DNA of 64,000 nt from an uncultured Gammaproteobacteria bacterium (GCA_964403585.1 CAYOFQ010000001.1:520630-584629), one strand, 5' to 3'; shown: positions 12,253 through 22,536, counted from the first letter of the stretch. The notes: generated by a model from the sequence alone, not told the origin. Made by a program: numbers and translations.

Positions 12253-14022
12253 CTATTGGTGTGTCCAGTCTGTCCAGGACATATTTTTTCCACCGCCACC
12301 GGTGGCTTTCGTCGGATAATGCTGACCGTAGGCTTTATTGATTACCCAAGTAACCCAGGGCTCGTTATTCATCCATTGTGAGCCGAACTGTTGAGATAAA
12401 TAGTACTGGTAATCCAGTGTCCGCAGGGGAGCGTTATTCTGTATGAAGTAGGCAGGATATCCCGCACGGGATAATAATTCTGCCTGCATAATATATCCTT
12501 GCATACCTTCCCACGGGTATTGAGTATATCCCGGAGGCCAGCTAAACGCGCCGCCTCTTCCTTGGTCATTTACAATTGCACCATCAATCTTATGGCCATT
12601 TTTAATTGATCCCGCCGGGTTCACAGCAACCTGTTTGGACGAATCGGTAGTATATGACCACGAAATACCATTGTCATTCAGGTTTGGACGGCAGCTCGGA
12701 CACTTGGTCACATCACCGGAATACCGCTGATAGGTTTGCCAAGCTTTTTCAACTTCGGCACTATCCCCGAGATAGAGCGCTGCAGCAATCCGAGCACCTC
12801 CGGCGAGCGCGTCCCCGTTACTTGAACCATTATCATGAGATTCACTTAAGTTATATTCGGGAACACTTCCGTTGTTCCGGCAATTCTTTTTATACCTGAT
12901 ATAGTTAACATAATTTGCCCAGCGGGTACCTTCATTGCCGTCCGTACCAGCTCGAAGATTGATAATATCTGCGGCAATAATATAACTCGGCAAATTTCGG
13001 GATAGAGCCAGCGAGCGGGCTTTGCTCGGCGTAGTTTCACAGTCTGCGTCCCGGTTGGCATCAGTACCGATTGCTGACAAAATCGCCGCAACTGCCTTCG
13101 CACGATATGCCTGGTCTTTAGTTTTTGCCGCAACTAAGGCAACTGCCAAAGTGCTCTGATCATGCTGTGAATTCTGGTCGGCCAAATTAGCGCTTCCAAT
13201 CGAACTGTCGGCCCTTGATTTAAGATCATTCCAGGCTTGACCACTTGCCGGCAACCGGTCAATATCTGCTTGAGAAATCCAAATTCCGGTTTTTACCTGG
13301 CCTGAAGGGAGGGGAGTTTGAGCTGTCGGCACGACTGTCGGCAATTGCGTCGTAGAGCGGGGAGAAACACCAACTATATACATCGAATACGCTTCTCCGG
13401 TTTCCGAATACGGGGCTCCAAAGGTTACAACTGATGCACTGGAAACAGCCTTTTGGTAAATATGATACACACCAATCAACCCCTGTTCATTTTTTCGGAG
13501 CATAAACGGTTGTAAATTGGCGTATGAATCACTGGTAACTCGGGTATATGAGGAAAGCCAAGCCGGAGCCGGTTGACCGGGAATTTTACGATAGAATACA
13601 TAGACATCCGCAGGTTGGGTGATGGTCACATTCCAGGAGAGCAGATGATTCGCTTTGAGTGACACATTTTCGGTACGGATAAAAGCTACCTGTTTCGCCT
13701 GCAGCGCCGTTGGTGTGCTGAAAAAAGTAAACCGGTTATCTCCGAGATACATCACTGCTCCAGGCGTTAAACAGCCGACTTGAGTCTCATATGGGGACTG
13801 AGAAGCAAAAGATATCTGTCCAATGGTATTAAGTGTTGCTTGGGTACAGGGTATGGTTTGGGCAGAGGAATTATCCTGGGTGCGAATAGTAAAAAGGCTG
13901 TTATTCTTAACTATACCCACCACCAGTAATGTGAGGACGAACGTCATTGAGCCAATCTTTAATAATGTTTGTAACGCTTCGGTACTACGCATAAAAATCT
14001 TCTGATTATTATTAAGTACCAA
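12253..14022 (-). CDS. Secreted/anchored protein: N-terminal 'YRKIPGQ' domain, PT linker, large C-terminal domain of unknown function (possibly a carbohydrate-active enzyme)
   Basis: Signal/anchor MTFVLTLLVVGIV. FYRKIPGQPAPAW..FMLRKNEQGLIGVYHIY matches the 3176-3610 and 42924-43359 domains. The true start may be the internal Met (MRSTEAL..) near 13992. Confidence 0.7.
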   Translation of the reverse strand: MVLNNNQKIFMRSTEALQTLLKIGSMTFVLTLLVVGIVKNNSLFTIRTQDNSSAQTIPCTQATLNTIGQISFASQSPYETQVGCLTPGAVMYLGDNRFTFFSTPTALQAKQVAFIRTENVSLKANHLLSWNVTITQPADVYVFYRKIPGQPAPAWLSSYTRVTSDSYANLQPFMLRKNEQGLIGVYHIYQKAVSSASVVTFGAPYSETGEAYSMYIVGVSPRSTTQLPTVVPTAQTPLPSGQVKTGIWISQADIDRLPASGQAWNDLKSRADSSIGSANLADQNSQHDQSTLAVALVAAKTKDQAYRAKAVAAILSAIGTDANRDADCETTPSKARSLALSRNLPSYIIAADIINLRAGTDGNEGTRWANYVNYIRYKKNCRNNGSVPEYNLSESHDNGSSNGDALAGGARIAAALYLGDSAEVEKAWQTYQRYSGDVTKCPSCRPNLNDNGISWSYTTDSSKQVAVNPAGSIKNGHKIDGAIVNDQGRGGAFSWPPGYTQYPWEGMQGYIMQAELLSRAGYPAYFIQNNAPLRTLDYQYYLSQQFGSQWMNNEPWVTWVINKAYGQHYPTKATGGGGKNMSWTDWTHQ

Positions 14023-14054
14023 CTTGCGTTAAAGTGCAATAACAAAGGTCACTG

Positions 14055-14085
14055 TTGACAGAACAATATACGTCCGACGTACTAT
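14055..14085 (+). promoter_or_regulatory. Candidate sigma70 promoter for the 14114 gene (TTGACA, 19 nt spacer, TACTAT)
   Basis: A -35 consensus hexamer. The atatacgt..actatag element is shared with the promoter of the paralogous downstream gene. The spacer is long. Confidence 0.3.
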
Positions 14086-14113
14086 AGTAGTATACAGTTA
14101 AGTATCTTAATGT

Positions 14114-16585
14114 ATGGTGCCATCTTTTTTTCGTACAAATTCAGGGAGAACGAAATTCGCTTTTGCCATAGCGGTACTCTTGTTTGTCGGAGTATTTATC
14201 TACAATGGTAAGCTGTCTCCGGTCCAAAGTACCAGCTGCGGAGCCAACTGCTCCTTAAAAGAAATCGGTACTATCGACGGTCTGGGTAATTTTTCCACTA
14301 CGCCAACACTAATAAAGGACCAGCCGTATTGGGTTCGACTCACTATCAACGGCCAGGACAATCTGGTTGCTACACCTGGTCCAACTGCCACACCTGCGCC
14401 AAAGGGTGTAGACACAATGATGTACATTGACCTTTCTTCTAGTATGTTAGAAAATTATCCGAAATATAATCCGGATAACGGGACGGATGTTATCATGTAT
14501 CAGGCAGCTCAGACTGCTTTGAATAAATATATTGACTCTTCAGATCAGGCCAATGATTATCTTGGGTTTGGTACCTTTACCTGGTGTATTAATTACAAAA
14601 ATTCCGCCACACCCGTTTGGTGGTCTTACGACGACTTTAATCGGGGTGATGGAAAAATGGTCGGATTCAGTGCCGTACATATTCCGTTGCGCCCCATGGC
14701 CAATAACCCCAACTATTATAAAAACATTATTAACAGTATTACCTTCAACGGTGATGATGCCGATTTTTGTGCCGGAACCGGTCTTTCGCATGAACCAACC
14801 TCCAATGGTGGACCATACAATACGACAGGAGAGTTTCACGGAGGCACCTCAATTGGTGGGGCAATCACCGGAGCAAACACCTTCCTTACACCAATACTTA
14901 ATGATCCAAAAGCGAAGCGCAAAGACGGTACCAGCTATCGGGACAGTGTCAAAAGTAAGAATCTTTCTACCTATAACCGTAATATGGGACCATATGCCCG
15001 CCAGTACACAACCGGGGCGGCTATTCCCAAGTATATTATTCTTGCCACCGACGGCGGAGAAGGGGTACCGCCGTTAGTTACTGATGAGGATATCGATCAC
15101 AATACCCGCACTATAGTACAGAACGCGAAGCAACATGGTGTAAAAATATTTATGGTTATCACCAGAAGACAAAGCAGCCTATCTGCTAATGGAATCGCCA
15201 GAATTAACTATATCACCGGTACTACCGGAGGTAAGGCCTATTACGGCAATTCTGAGCAGGAATTAGTTGCTAATTTTTCCAACATCCGCACCGATATCGT
15301 TGAGGATTCTAATGGTGGTGCTATTCCTTCCGGCACACCGGTTGCCAAAACCGACATCACCGTTACCGAAAAGGTCAATGCTTCGTATTTCAAAATCGAC
15401 GAACCCACGCATAGTACTCCGATTACCTTTAAAGTCGGGCAGCCTGGCTCACCTGAAACAGATATCACTAATTTGATGTGTAAAGACAGCAACTCGGATA
15501 CCGTGCCGGACTGTGTCAGCAATAAAAAGTACAACGCTTCGGGCAATCTGATCGGCTATGATGTAACGCTCGATCCAATCGGTTTCGGCCAAACCCGTTA
15601 CATTTATTTCAGAGTAACCCCAACTAAGTCTACCGGAGGACTCTCCGTTCCGGTCGATGAAGACCCGACCAGTGTCATCGACTATGAGGATATTCCCGCT
15701 ACCGTCAATTTGGATAACGTTAGTGTCGTTATCACCGAGGCCAGTCTGTTCTTTCAGGTATTCGGTGGAGGCGATGTCTATTCGGCATCAAATGATGTGA
15801 CCAAATCTATTTATTCATTCCTTCCCGGATCAACAGACCTCTTCAGTTCGGTGGCTAATGTTGTTTTTCATCGGGGAGGGGCAACCTATGGTAACGGAAA
15901 AGTTAATTCGAAAAACAGGGAAGTTGACCCGTATGCAATTACCTATGATCCGGTACAAATGAGCTATAACACTTTATATAACGAATACAGCAAGTTAATG
16001 CCGGCAAGTAATATTAAGAACATTTCCGGTCTTTCCGATTTCACTACCTCCGGCTACTACATGGATAACACCAGTACCAGCAATGGTAAATTTGAGATCA
16101 AAGGAGCAGGCTGGACCGGACAAAATTTGCAGGGCAAAAAAATCGTCATGTTTGTTCCCGGCAATCTATACATCAGTACTAATTTTTCCGTCGAGGATGA
16201 CGGAAATAGTTTACTTGTGTTTATTGTTAAAGGAGATGTCGGTATCGATCCCGACGTAACCAATGTTCAGGGTGTCTATATTGTCGACGGGAAAATAGAT
16301 ACTGCCTGTAAATCGTCATCCTCCTTCAACGCCGCCAACAGTTGTTCGCCGGATGCCGGAGCGAACGGTACCGAAAAACAATTAACGCTGGAAGGCATGT
16401 ATATAACTAATTCCATCGATCCGCTGACCAAAGGATATAACGGGTTAGCGGGAGGATTCCTTTTGGATCGCAAGCCTACAACTGCTATTCCCGGTGAACG
16501 GTTTATATACCGTCCCGACTTCATCATGAGCACTTCGTTAAGTATTGGCCGCAAAAGCTATACCTGGATCGAAAACACACAATAA
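14114..16585 (+). CDS. Large membrane-anchored extracellular protein with a VWA domain (tandem paralog 1)
   Basis: N-terminal TM helix. MIDAS-like DLSSSM, with ATDGGEG later. 823 aa. Co-linear similarity to the 16643-18967 product. Confidence 0.8.
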   Translation: MVPSFFRTNSGRTKFAFAIAVLLFVGVFIYNGKLSPVQSTSCGANCSLKEIGTIDGLGNFSTTPTLIKDQPYWVRLTINGQDNLVATPGPTATPAPKGVDTMMYIDLSSSMLENYPKYNPDNGTDVIMYQAAQTALNKYIDSSDQANDYLGFGTFTWCINYKNSATPVWWSYDDFNRGDGKMVGFSAVHIPLRPMANNPNYYKNIINSITFNGDDADFCAGTGLSHEPTSNGGPYNTTGEFHGGTSIGGAITGANTFLTPILNDPKAKRKDGTSYRDSVKSKNLSTYNRNMGPYARQYTTGAAIPKYIILATDGGEGVPPLVTDEDIDHNTRTIVQNAKQHGVKIFMVITRRQSSLSANGIARINYITGTTGGKAYYGNSEQELVANFSNIRTDIVEDSNGGAIPSGTPVAKTDITVTEKVNASYFKIDEPTHSTPITFKVGQPGSPETDITNLMCKDSNSDTVPDCVSNKKYNASGNLIGYDVTLDPIGFGQTRYIYFRVTPTKSTGGLSVPVDEDPTSVIDYEDIPATVNLDNVSVVITEASLFFQVFGGGDVYSASNDVTKSIYSFLPGSTDLFSSVANVVFHRGGATYGNGKVNSKNREVDPYAITYDPVQMSYNTLYNEYSKLMPASNIKNISGLSDFTTSGYYMDNTSTSNGKFEIKGAGWTGQNLQGKKIVMFVPGNLYISTNFSVEDDGNSLLVFIVKGDVGIDPDVTNVQGVYIVDGKIDTACKSSSSFNAANSCSPDAGANGTEKQLTLEGMYITNSIDPLTKGYNGLAGGFLLDRKPTTAIPGERFIYRPDFIMSTSLSIGRKSYTWIENTQ

Positions 16586-16599
16586 TTCCGCTCAGCAAT

Positions 16600-16629
16600 T
16601 TGACATGCCATAAGAAATATACGTACTAT
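16600..16629 (+). promoter_or_regulatory. Candidate sigma70 promoter (TTGACA, 18 nt spacer, TACTAT) for the 16643 gene, with a near-leaderless geometry
   Basis: Hexamers read directly from the sequence. The -10 ends 13 nt before the ATG at 16643. No Shine-Dalgarno sequence is visible. Confidence 0.4.
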
Positions 16630-16642
16630 AGAAATACCAGTT

Positions 16643-18967
16643 ATGTATAAAAAAATTTTCCTCTCCCTGAATGCGCTCTTGTTCCTCACCATCTTTGTCT
16701 ATTTAGGTAAAACAACTTTCGTGAAGGGAGCGAACTGTGCATCTAACTGTACGACCAAAGAAATTGGGACGTTAGGAAAAGATGCATTCGGCCGGGATGT
16801 ACTTAATCCGGTTGATCCGGTCGCCGTCAATAAATCTTACTGGGTAAAGCTTTCGGTGAAAGGCCAGGACACAACTACTTCCACGATCCCAACTGCCTTA
16901 CCGTCACCTACTACGACTACTATCTCATACGGAAGCGACATTATGATGATGTTGGACACCACTACCAGTATGTATGACAGTATTCCGGTAAATGCTGATG
17001 GTAGCGGCGGAACCGTACTTACCTATGAGGCTGTTCGTGATGGTATGGTGCGAATGGTTAATCTTTCCAGTGATCCGCTGGACTATTTAGGCTTTGGGTC
17101 ATTCCGCCTCTGTCGCGGGTATACTTCTACTACCACACCTGTTTGGTGGGTATACGAAGACTGGAACCGGGCTGATGATGGTTACCGTGGTACAAGCGCC
17201 ATCCACCTGCCACTACAGCCTTTAAATGGGCGAAAAACACTTTTTACCAATACCATTAACAGCATCACTATTTTAAATGACAGCGGTAAAAACAATAACT
17301 TCTGCCGTAGTTCCGGTGTTGACTCCAACGGCTTTCATGGCGGTACCAGTGTCGGTGCCGCGATTACTGCTGCCGATACACAGTTAACTCCGATTCTCAA
17401 CGACTCCAAAGCAGTACGCCGGGACGGCTCCAGTTATCGTGACTCAACAAGAGTCGGAATCAATGGCTATAACGATGGTCCCCGTACTCGATTCGGAGTT
17501 CCGAAGTACATCGTATTAGCCACCGATGGCGGAGAAGGCGCCCCACCACTTATCGATGACCCTGATATCGATAAAAACCTGCGGAGTGCCTTGCAGACTG
17601 CAGCCCACTATGAAATAAAAATTTATGGCATCGCCTTTAGCCGGCCCGGTAATAACGATTATCAGAAATTGGAAAGAATAACTACCACTACCGGAGGAAA
17701 AATCTTTGCGGGTAATTCAAGGCAGCAAATTCTCCAGTCCGTGGAAGCGATCCGTAACGAAATAACCAAGGAATCGCAGGGCACTCCACCGCCATCCCCA
17801 TCACCTTCATTTTCAACTACCGGTTCAACTGCCACCATTAATGAACGAATCAATAGTTCTAATTTTTCAATTTCAACAATGAATAACACAACATTCAAAT
17901 TGATTAAGCGTAATACGGACGGGAGTGTCACTAATATCACGTCTACTTGCGGCTCCGGTTTAGCCGCCTGCTTAAGTAATGCCTCCAGCGCCGGATTTGA
18001 TTTAAAGCTGCCGCAAATCGGCTCGAATGAAGAAATATATGTCTACTTTATGGTCACCCCGACCACCGCCAGCGATCCCGGGCAAAAAGTACCGGTCGAC
18101 AAGGATCCTGACAGTATCATCAAATACTCAAACGGGCATCAGGAGAATATCCGTAACGTTCAAGTAGGCGTTGTTGCCAATAAGCCGTATTTTGAATCCC
18201 AGAATGGCGGCGATATCCACACCCGCGGCGGGCTGCTCGTTGATATGCCGGATACGTATAAGTTTATCCGGGGTACCTACCCGGGTATTTTAAGTTACGG
18301 CGGCAGTGCTGTGGTAAGGCCCAACAATAATCAATTGAGCAGTAAAAACTGGAAAATCGGCGGCGGCTCTCCGGGATACCAGGTAAACGCGCAGAAATAC
18401 ACCTATCAGGCACTCCTCGCAACTATCAAATCAAAGAAAACTATTACCAGTCTATCTCAGATAACCGGATCCGGTTTTTACGTAGTAAACGGAGATCTTA
18501 CTATTAATAGTACCAATAAGCTGCCTAACTTATTGACTTCAACTCAGCAAATTGTGCTATTTGTCAATGGAAATGTGTATATTCGAACAGCTATTCCTCT
18601 TTTCGGCAATCCGAATAATAAATCGTCTCTGGCTATCATCTCTTCTAAAAACATCGGCATTGATCCGGCAGTCAGTGACCCCGGGGGCACCATCGCCGGG
18701 ATCTATATCGCTGACGGCGTCATCGATACAGCCTGTTCGGGCACGTTCTCCTTTACCCAGTGTACTCCCGGAGCACCAACCTTGCATAACTCATCACTGA
18801 CCCTGGAAGGAATGTTCCTGGCTGCCTCGGGTTTCAATCTGGACCGGTACGGAACTCCGGACGTTCCGGCCGCCGGCGAGAAATTTATCTATCGTCCGGA
18901 ATTGTTATTAACCGCTGCACCACAACTTGGGTCGCTTTCATCGGTATGGCAGGAGATATCGCCTTAA
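16643..18967 (+). CDS. Large membrane-anchored extracellular protein with a VWA domain (tandem paralog 2)
   Basis: N-terminal TM helix. MIDAS-like DTTTSM, with ATDGGEG later. 774 aa. Paralog of the 14114-16585 product. Confidence 0.8.
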   Translation: MYKKIFLSLNALLFLTIFVYLGKTTFVKGANCASNCTTKEIGTLGKDAFGRDVLNPVDPVAVNKSYWVKLSVKGQDTTTSTIPTALPSPTTTTISYGSDIMMMLDTTTSMYDSIPVNADGSGGTVLTYEAVRDGMVRMVNLSSDPLDYLGFGSFRLCRGYTSTTTPVWWVYEDWNRADDGYRGTSAIHLPLQPLNGRKTLFTNTINSITILNDSGKNNNFCRSSGVDSNGFHGGTSVGAAITAADTQLTPILNDSKAVRRDGSSYRDSTRVGINGYNDGPRTRFGVPKYIVLATDGGEGAPPLIDDPDIDKNLRSALQTAAHYEIKIYGIAFSRPGNNDYQKLERITTTTGGKIFAGNSRQQILQSVEAIRNEITKESQGTPPPSPSPSFSTTGSTATINERINSSNFSISTMNNTTFKLIKRNTDGSVTNITSTCGSGLAACLSNASSAGFDLKLPQIGSNEEIYVYFMVTPTTASDPGQKVPVDKDPDSIIKYSNGHQENIRNVQVGVVANKPYFESQNGGDIHTRGGLLVDMPDTYKFIRGTYPGILSYGGSAVVRPNNNQLSSKNWKIGGGSPGYQVNAQKYTYQALLATIKSKKTITSLSQITGSGFYVVNGDLTINSTNKLPNLLTSTQQIVLFVNGNVYIRTAIPLFGNPNNKSSLAIISSKNIGIDPAVSDPGGTIAGIYIADGVIDTACSGTFSFTQCTPGAPTLHNSSLTLEGMFLAASGFNLDRYGTPDVPAAGEKFIYRPELLLTAAPQLGSLSSVWQEISP

Positions 18968-19101
18968 CAACCGGATAAATGAGCAGGTGCTCGGTTCTAT
19001 ATGTATTGACTTGTCTGGTTATCTGTGTTAACCTACGACTTTACCACTAGATGAAAATCAGAGGCAGGTGGTATTACTTTAGATCCTTAAAGGAGATCGA
19101 A

Positions 19102-19602
19102 ATGAAAGCAAAAATATTAAAAAAACATGTCGCCGCTAACAAAGATGCAAAATCTGTGTATCTAACCGCAGCAGGATTAAAAGCCCTCCAGGAAGAATAC
19201 GAAGATCTCGTAAACAATAAGCGACATTCGGTAGCCAGCCGAATTCAAAAAGCTCGTGAATATGGAGATTTATCAGAAAACGCCGAGTATGCAGAGGCTA
19301 AAGACGAGCAGTCATTTATAGAAGGCCGGATTTTAGAGCTTGAACAAATACTCCAGAACGTATCGGTAATTGAGCAAACCAGTTCAGATATCGTTCAGAT
19401 TGGCGCGACAGTTAAGGTTCACATTAATGGACGTGACGACACGTTTAGTATTGTAGGTGCGCAAGAGGCCGATCCTCGTCAAAAGAAGATCTCCCACGAA
19501 TCACCACTCGGTCGTGCCCTAATAGGCAAGAAAGTAGGTTCATCCGTAGAAGTAGAGGCACCGGTAGGGAATATAACCTATAAAATCATTTCCATTGAAT
19601 AA
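19102..19602 (+). CDS. greA: Transcription elongation factor GreA
   Basis: RBS AAAGGAG lies upstream of the ATG at 19102. Coiled-coil N-terminal domain and FKBP-like C-terminal domain, with the DLSENAEY motif. Confidence 0.85.
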   Translation: MKAKILKKHVAANKDAKSVYLTAAGLKALQEEYEDLVNNKRHSVASRIQKAREYGDLSENAEYAEAKDEQSFIEGRILELEQILQNVSVIEQTSSDIVQIGATVKVHINGRDDTFSIVGAQEADPRQKKISHESPLGRALIGKKVGSSVEVEAPVGNITYKIISIE

Positions 19603-19619
19603 ATTAACTAAAAAAGCCC

Positions 19620-19652
19620 CCTAAACCCTGTACACCGTACAGGGTTTTTCGT
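19620..19652 (+). terminator. Rho-independent terminator after greA
   Basis: Hairpin aaaccctgtacaccgtacagggttttt followed by a T-run. Confidence 0.65.
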
Positions 19653-19691
19653 ATCTTGACGCAGTTTCAATAGCAGGTTACCCTTGCTTTC

Positions 19692-20312
19692 ATGGTAACT
19701 CTGTATCTTGTTAATCAACCTGAAAGTACCTGGATGAAAGAGGAAAAATGCGAAGGCCAGTCGGATACCTCATTAACAACAACCGGAAAGATGCAGGCAC
19801 ATAAAATTGCCAATTATCTCGCCTCTATACACCTTAGCGGGCTCTATACCAGTAATTTACACCGCACCAATCAGTGTGCCCGAATCATCGCGGCAACCGT
19901 TCCGCAAAAGATCAAGCGCGACGAGCGCCTCGCCGACATGCACCTCGGAATCTGGCAGGGCAAATTCCCCGAAGAAATTGAATCCCGGTATCCCGAGATA
20001 TGGCAGGTACGGAAAAAAGACCCTGCGCAGGCAGTCATCCCTGACGGGGAACAATGGAGTTCAGTTGTCCACCGGGTACATAGTTTCTTGGATGAAATCC
20101 GGGATGACGAGCTTTTTGATAAAAACCTTATCGTAATAACCCATGATATAATAGTACGCATAATATTGCTATATTGCGAAGGCAAACCAACAACCTCATT
20201 TTGGGAGTACCAACTTGACAAAGGATCCCTGACTAAGGTACAAATTGAGCCTGAGAAGAAAGTAATCGAAATAAATTATACCGACCATTTATATGTTCCG
20301 CACTTTGTATAA
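19692..20312 (+). CDS. Histidine phosphatase superfamily (phosphoglycerate mutase-like) protein. The catalytic RHG motif is degenerate.
   Basis: GxxDxxLTxxGxxQA motif (EGQSDTSLTTTGKMQAH). SPLxR-like SNLHRTNQCA. Distal His in ITHDIIVR. The first RHG His is absent (NQPES/CEG). Confidence 0.55.
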   Translation: MVTLYLVNQPESTWMKEEKCEGQSDTSLTTTGKMQAHKIANYLASIHLSGLYTSNLHRTNQCARIIAATVPQKIKRDERLADMHLGIWQGKFPEEIESRYPEIWQVRKKDPAQAVIPDGEQWSSVVHRVHSFLDEIRDDELFDKNLIVITHDIIVRIILLYCEGKPTTSFWEYQLDKGSLTKVQIEPEKKVIEINYTDHLYVPHFV

Positions 20313-20401
20313 CCACACCATTTTGAAGATTGTCCACACGTCATGCAACTAATCTCCCGTTGCATAGTATAATTACCTCAAATTACCAAAAAGGAACATA
20401 T

Positions 20402-21673
20402 ATGTTAGACCCAAAATTTATACGCGAAAATGTCGATAAAGTGAAACAAAATATTCTGGAACGTAATTTTGATCCGGAAATTGCCAATGTCGACGAGTGG
20501 TTGACAGTCGATAAAGAACGCACCAGAGTTCAGCAGGAAATAGAACAAGTAAATAAGCGAAAAAATGAAATTGCCGAACTGCTTAAGGATGCTACCAAGC
20601 GCACGCCAGAACTAATTGAAGAAGGTAAAACTTTAAAGCAGAAAAGTGAACCGCTGGAAAATGAATTTGCCCAGGTAGATGAAAAGTGGAATAAAATCAT
20701 CGCCCAGATCCCCAATATGCACTTTGATGATGTCCCGCGCGGCAAAAGCGATGAAGAAAATAAGATTCTGCGTGAAGTTGGAGAGCGGACAACATTTAAA
20801 TTTGAGCCAAAGGATCATGTGCAACTGGCAACTGATCTGGATTTGATCGATTTCAAAAACGGCGCAAAAGTTGCCGGGTCTCAGTTTTATTATTTAAAAA
20901 ATGAGGCCGTCATTCTCGACCTGGCTTTACAGCGATTCGGTATGGATTTCTTCCGTGCTAAGGGCTTCGAATTGATGATCACCCCCGATCTGGCCAAGTC
21001 GCGATTCTATTTAGGCACAGGATATGCTCCCCGGGGCGATGAAGCGCAAATTTACGAGATCGAAGATGAGGATCTTGGATTAATTGCTACTGCCGAAGTT
21101 ACCATGGCCGGCTATATGGCTGACGAGTTGCTTGAAGAAAAGAATCTACCGCTCAAGTATGCTGCCGTATCACATTGCTACCGTAAAGAGGCCGGAGCCT
21201 ATGGGAAGTATTCCAAAGGACTGTACCGCGTCCACCAGTTTACAAAACTCGAAATGTTCGCCTATTGTGCTGAAGAAGATTCTCCTAAAATTCACCAGGA
21301 ATTTTTAGCGATCGAAGAAGAGATTGCCCAGGCACTGAAGCTTCCGTATCGGGTTGTTGAAATGTGTACCGGAGATTTGGGGGCGATGGCTGCCCGTAAA
21401 TACGACTTGGAAGCCTGGTTGCCAAGTAAAAATGATTACGGAGAAATCACTTCGACTTCCAATTGTACCGATTTCCAGGCACGTAACTTGAACATCCGGT
21501 ATAAAACCGCCCAAGGACAACCAAAATATATTCATATGCTCAACGGAACGGCCATTGTGCTATCGCGTTTTCCGTTGGCCATTCTGGAGAATTATCAGCA
21601 GGAAGACGGATCAATCAGAATTCCTGAGGCCCTGGTACCATACACTGGTTTTACTGAAATTAAAAAGAAGTAA
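20402..21673 (+). CDS. serS: Seryl-tRNA synthetase
   Basis: N-terminal coiled-coil arm (MLDPKFIRENVDKVK). Class II catalytic core with motifs 2 and 3. 424 aa from the ATG at 20402. Confidence 0.9.
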   Translation: MLDPKFIRENVDKVKQNILERNFDPEIANVDEWLTVDKERTRVQQEIEQVNKRKNEIAELLKDATKRTPELIEEGKTLKQKSEPLENEFAQVDEKWNKIIAQIPNMHFDDVPRGKSDEENKILREVGERTTFKFEPKDHVQLATDLDLIDFKNGAKVAGSQFYYLKNEAVILDLALQRFGMDFFRAKGFELMITPDLAKSRFYLGTGYAPRGDEAQIYEIEDEDLGLIATAEVTMAGYMADELLEEKNLPLKYAAVSHCYRKEAGAYGKYSKGLYRVHQFTKLEMFAYCAEEDSPKIHQEFLAIEEEIAQALKLPYRVVEMCTGDLGAMAARKYDLEAWLPSKNDYGEITSTSNCTDFQARNLNIRYKTAQGQPKYIHMLNGTAIVLSRFPLAILENYQQEDGSIRIPEALVPYTGFTEIKKK

Positions 21674-21674
21674 C

Positions 21675-22361
21675 ATGGCTACGAGAATTCAGACACTGCA
21701 CGAAGAAGTCTCATCAATCTCGGGGAAAATAAAAGTACGTCAGTACTACGACGTTCGCGAATTGTATGTCGATGATGTGAAGCAAAGTCAGTGGTCGGAT
21801 AATGAACTTCGTTTTAACGGTACCTATTGGGGCGGTGTAGTAAGTGTGCCTTTGCCTGACACCATCATCGCCCCGCATGTCTTGATGCTTGGTTTGGGGG
21901 GTGGAACTATCCCTAAATTATTAACAAAAAAGTATCCCTCCTGTTCGGTTCTGTGCATTGAATTAGACCCGGTCATCACTCGTATTGCTCAGGAATTCTT
22001 CGATCTGAATAAGTACGCCAACATTGATGTAGTGACTGCAGATGCCAACCGGTGGCTGGAGGAAAATACTGAAAAGTATAAAGCGCACTTTGATGTTGTT
22101 TGTTTGGATACGTATATTTCCGACAATTTTAATTTTAATACCAAAAACAATAGCAAGGTTGAGCAATTAATCTCATACTTAAATCTAACCGGAACATTAA
22201 TTACTAACCGCATTTATGATGAAGAAAACAAAAAGGAATTAGCAACATTTAAAAGAAATTTACAAAGATATTTTATTTCAGTAAATCAGATCATAATTGA
22301 GGGTTATTCCGGATGCGATAATATCATTCTGTACGGACAAACCCCACACAAGTCAAATTGA
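21675..22361 (+). CDS. Spermidine synthase-like class I SAM-dependent methyltransferase fold protein
   Basis: The ATG at 21675 follows directly after the serS stop. Glycine-rich loop VLMLGLGGGTIPKLL, then LCIELDP and FDVVCLDTY. Confidence 0.55.
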   Translation: MATRIQTLHEEVSSISGKIKVRQYYDVRELYVDDVKQSQWSDNELRFNGTYWGGVVSVPLPDTIIAPHVLMLGLGGGTIPKLLTKKYPSCSVLCIELDPVITRIAQEFFDLNKYANIDVVTADANRWLEENTEKYKAHFDVVCLDTYISDNFNFNTKNNSKVEQLISYLNLTGTLITNRIYDEENKKELATFKRNLQRYFISVNQIIIEGYSGCDNIILYGQTPHKSN

Positions 22362-22470
22362 CCTATTGACATAGTTTTTCAATTTCTTCACAATAATTTT
22401 AGTAATAATTTAGTACATAAATTATCAGTTATTTAACGCTAAATTATTTTAAAGGGAGGTGAATTTACTC

Positions 22471-22536
22471 ATGGCAGCAAAAAAGAAAGCAGCAAAAAAA
22501 ACAGCAAAGAAAAAAGCTACAAAAAAGCGAAAGTAG
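22471..22536 (+). CDS. 21-aa lysine/alanine-rich basic peptide (MAAKKKAAKKTAKKKATKKRK)
   Basis: Strong RBS AAAGGGAGGTG lies 11 nt upstream of the ATG. It is immediately followed by an intrinsic terminator. Too short for the ORF track. Confidence 0.4.
   Translation: MAAKKKAAKKTAKKKATKKRK

Noticed and set aside
20313-20401. Perfect TATAAT at about 20368 upstream of serS as a promoter
   Set aside because: No acceptable -35 (TTGxxx) exists 16-19 nt upstream, and there is no TG extended -10 element. It is left uncalled.
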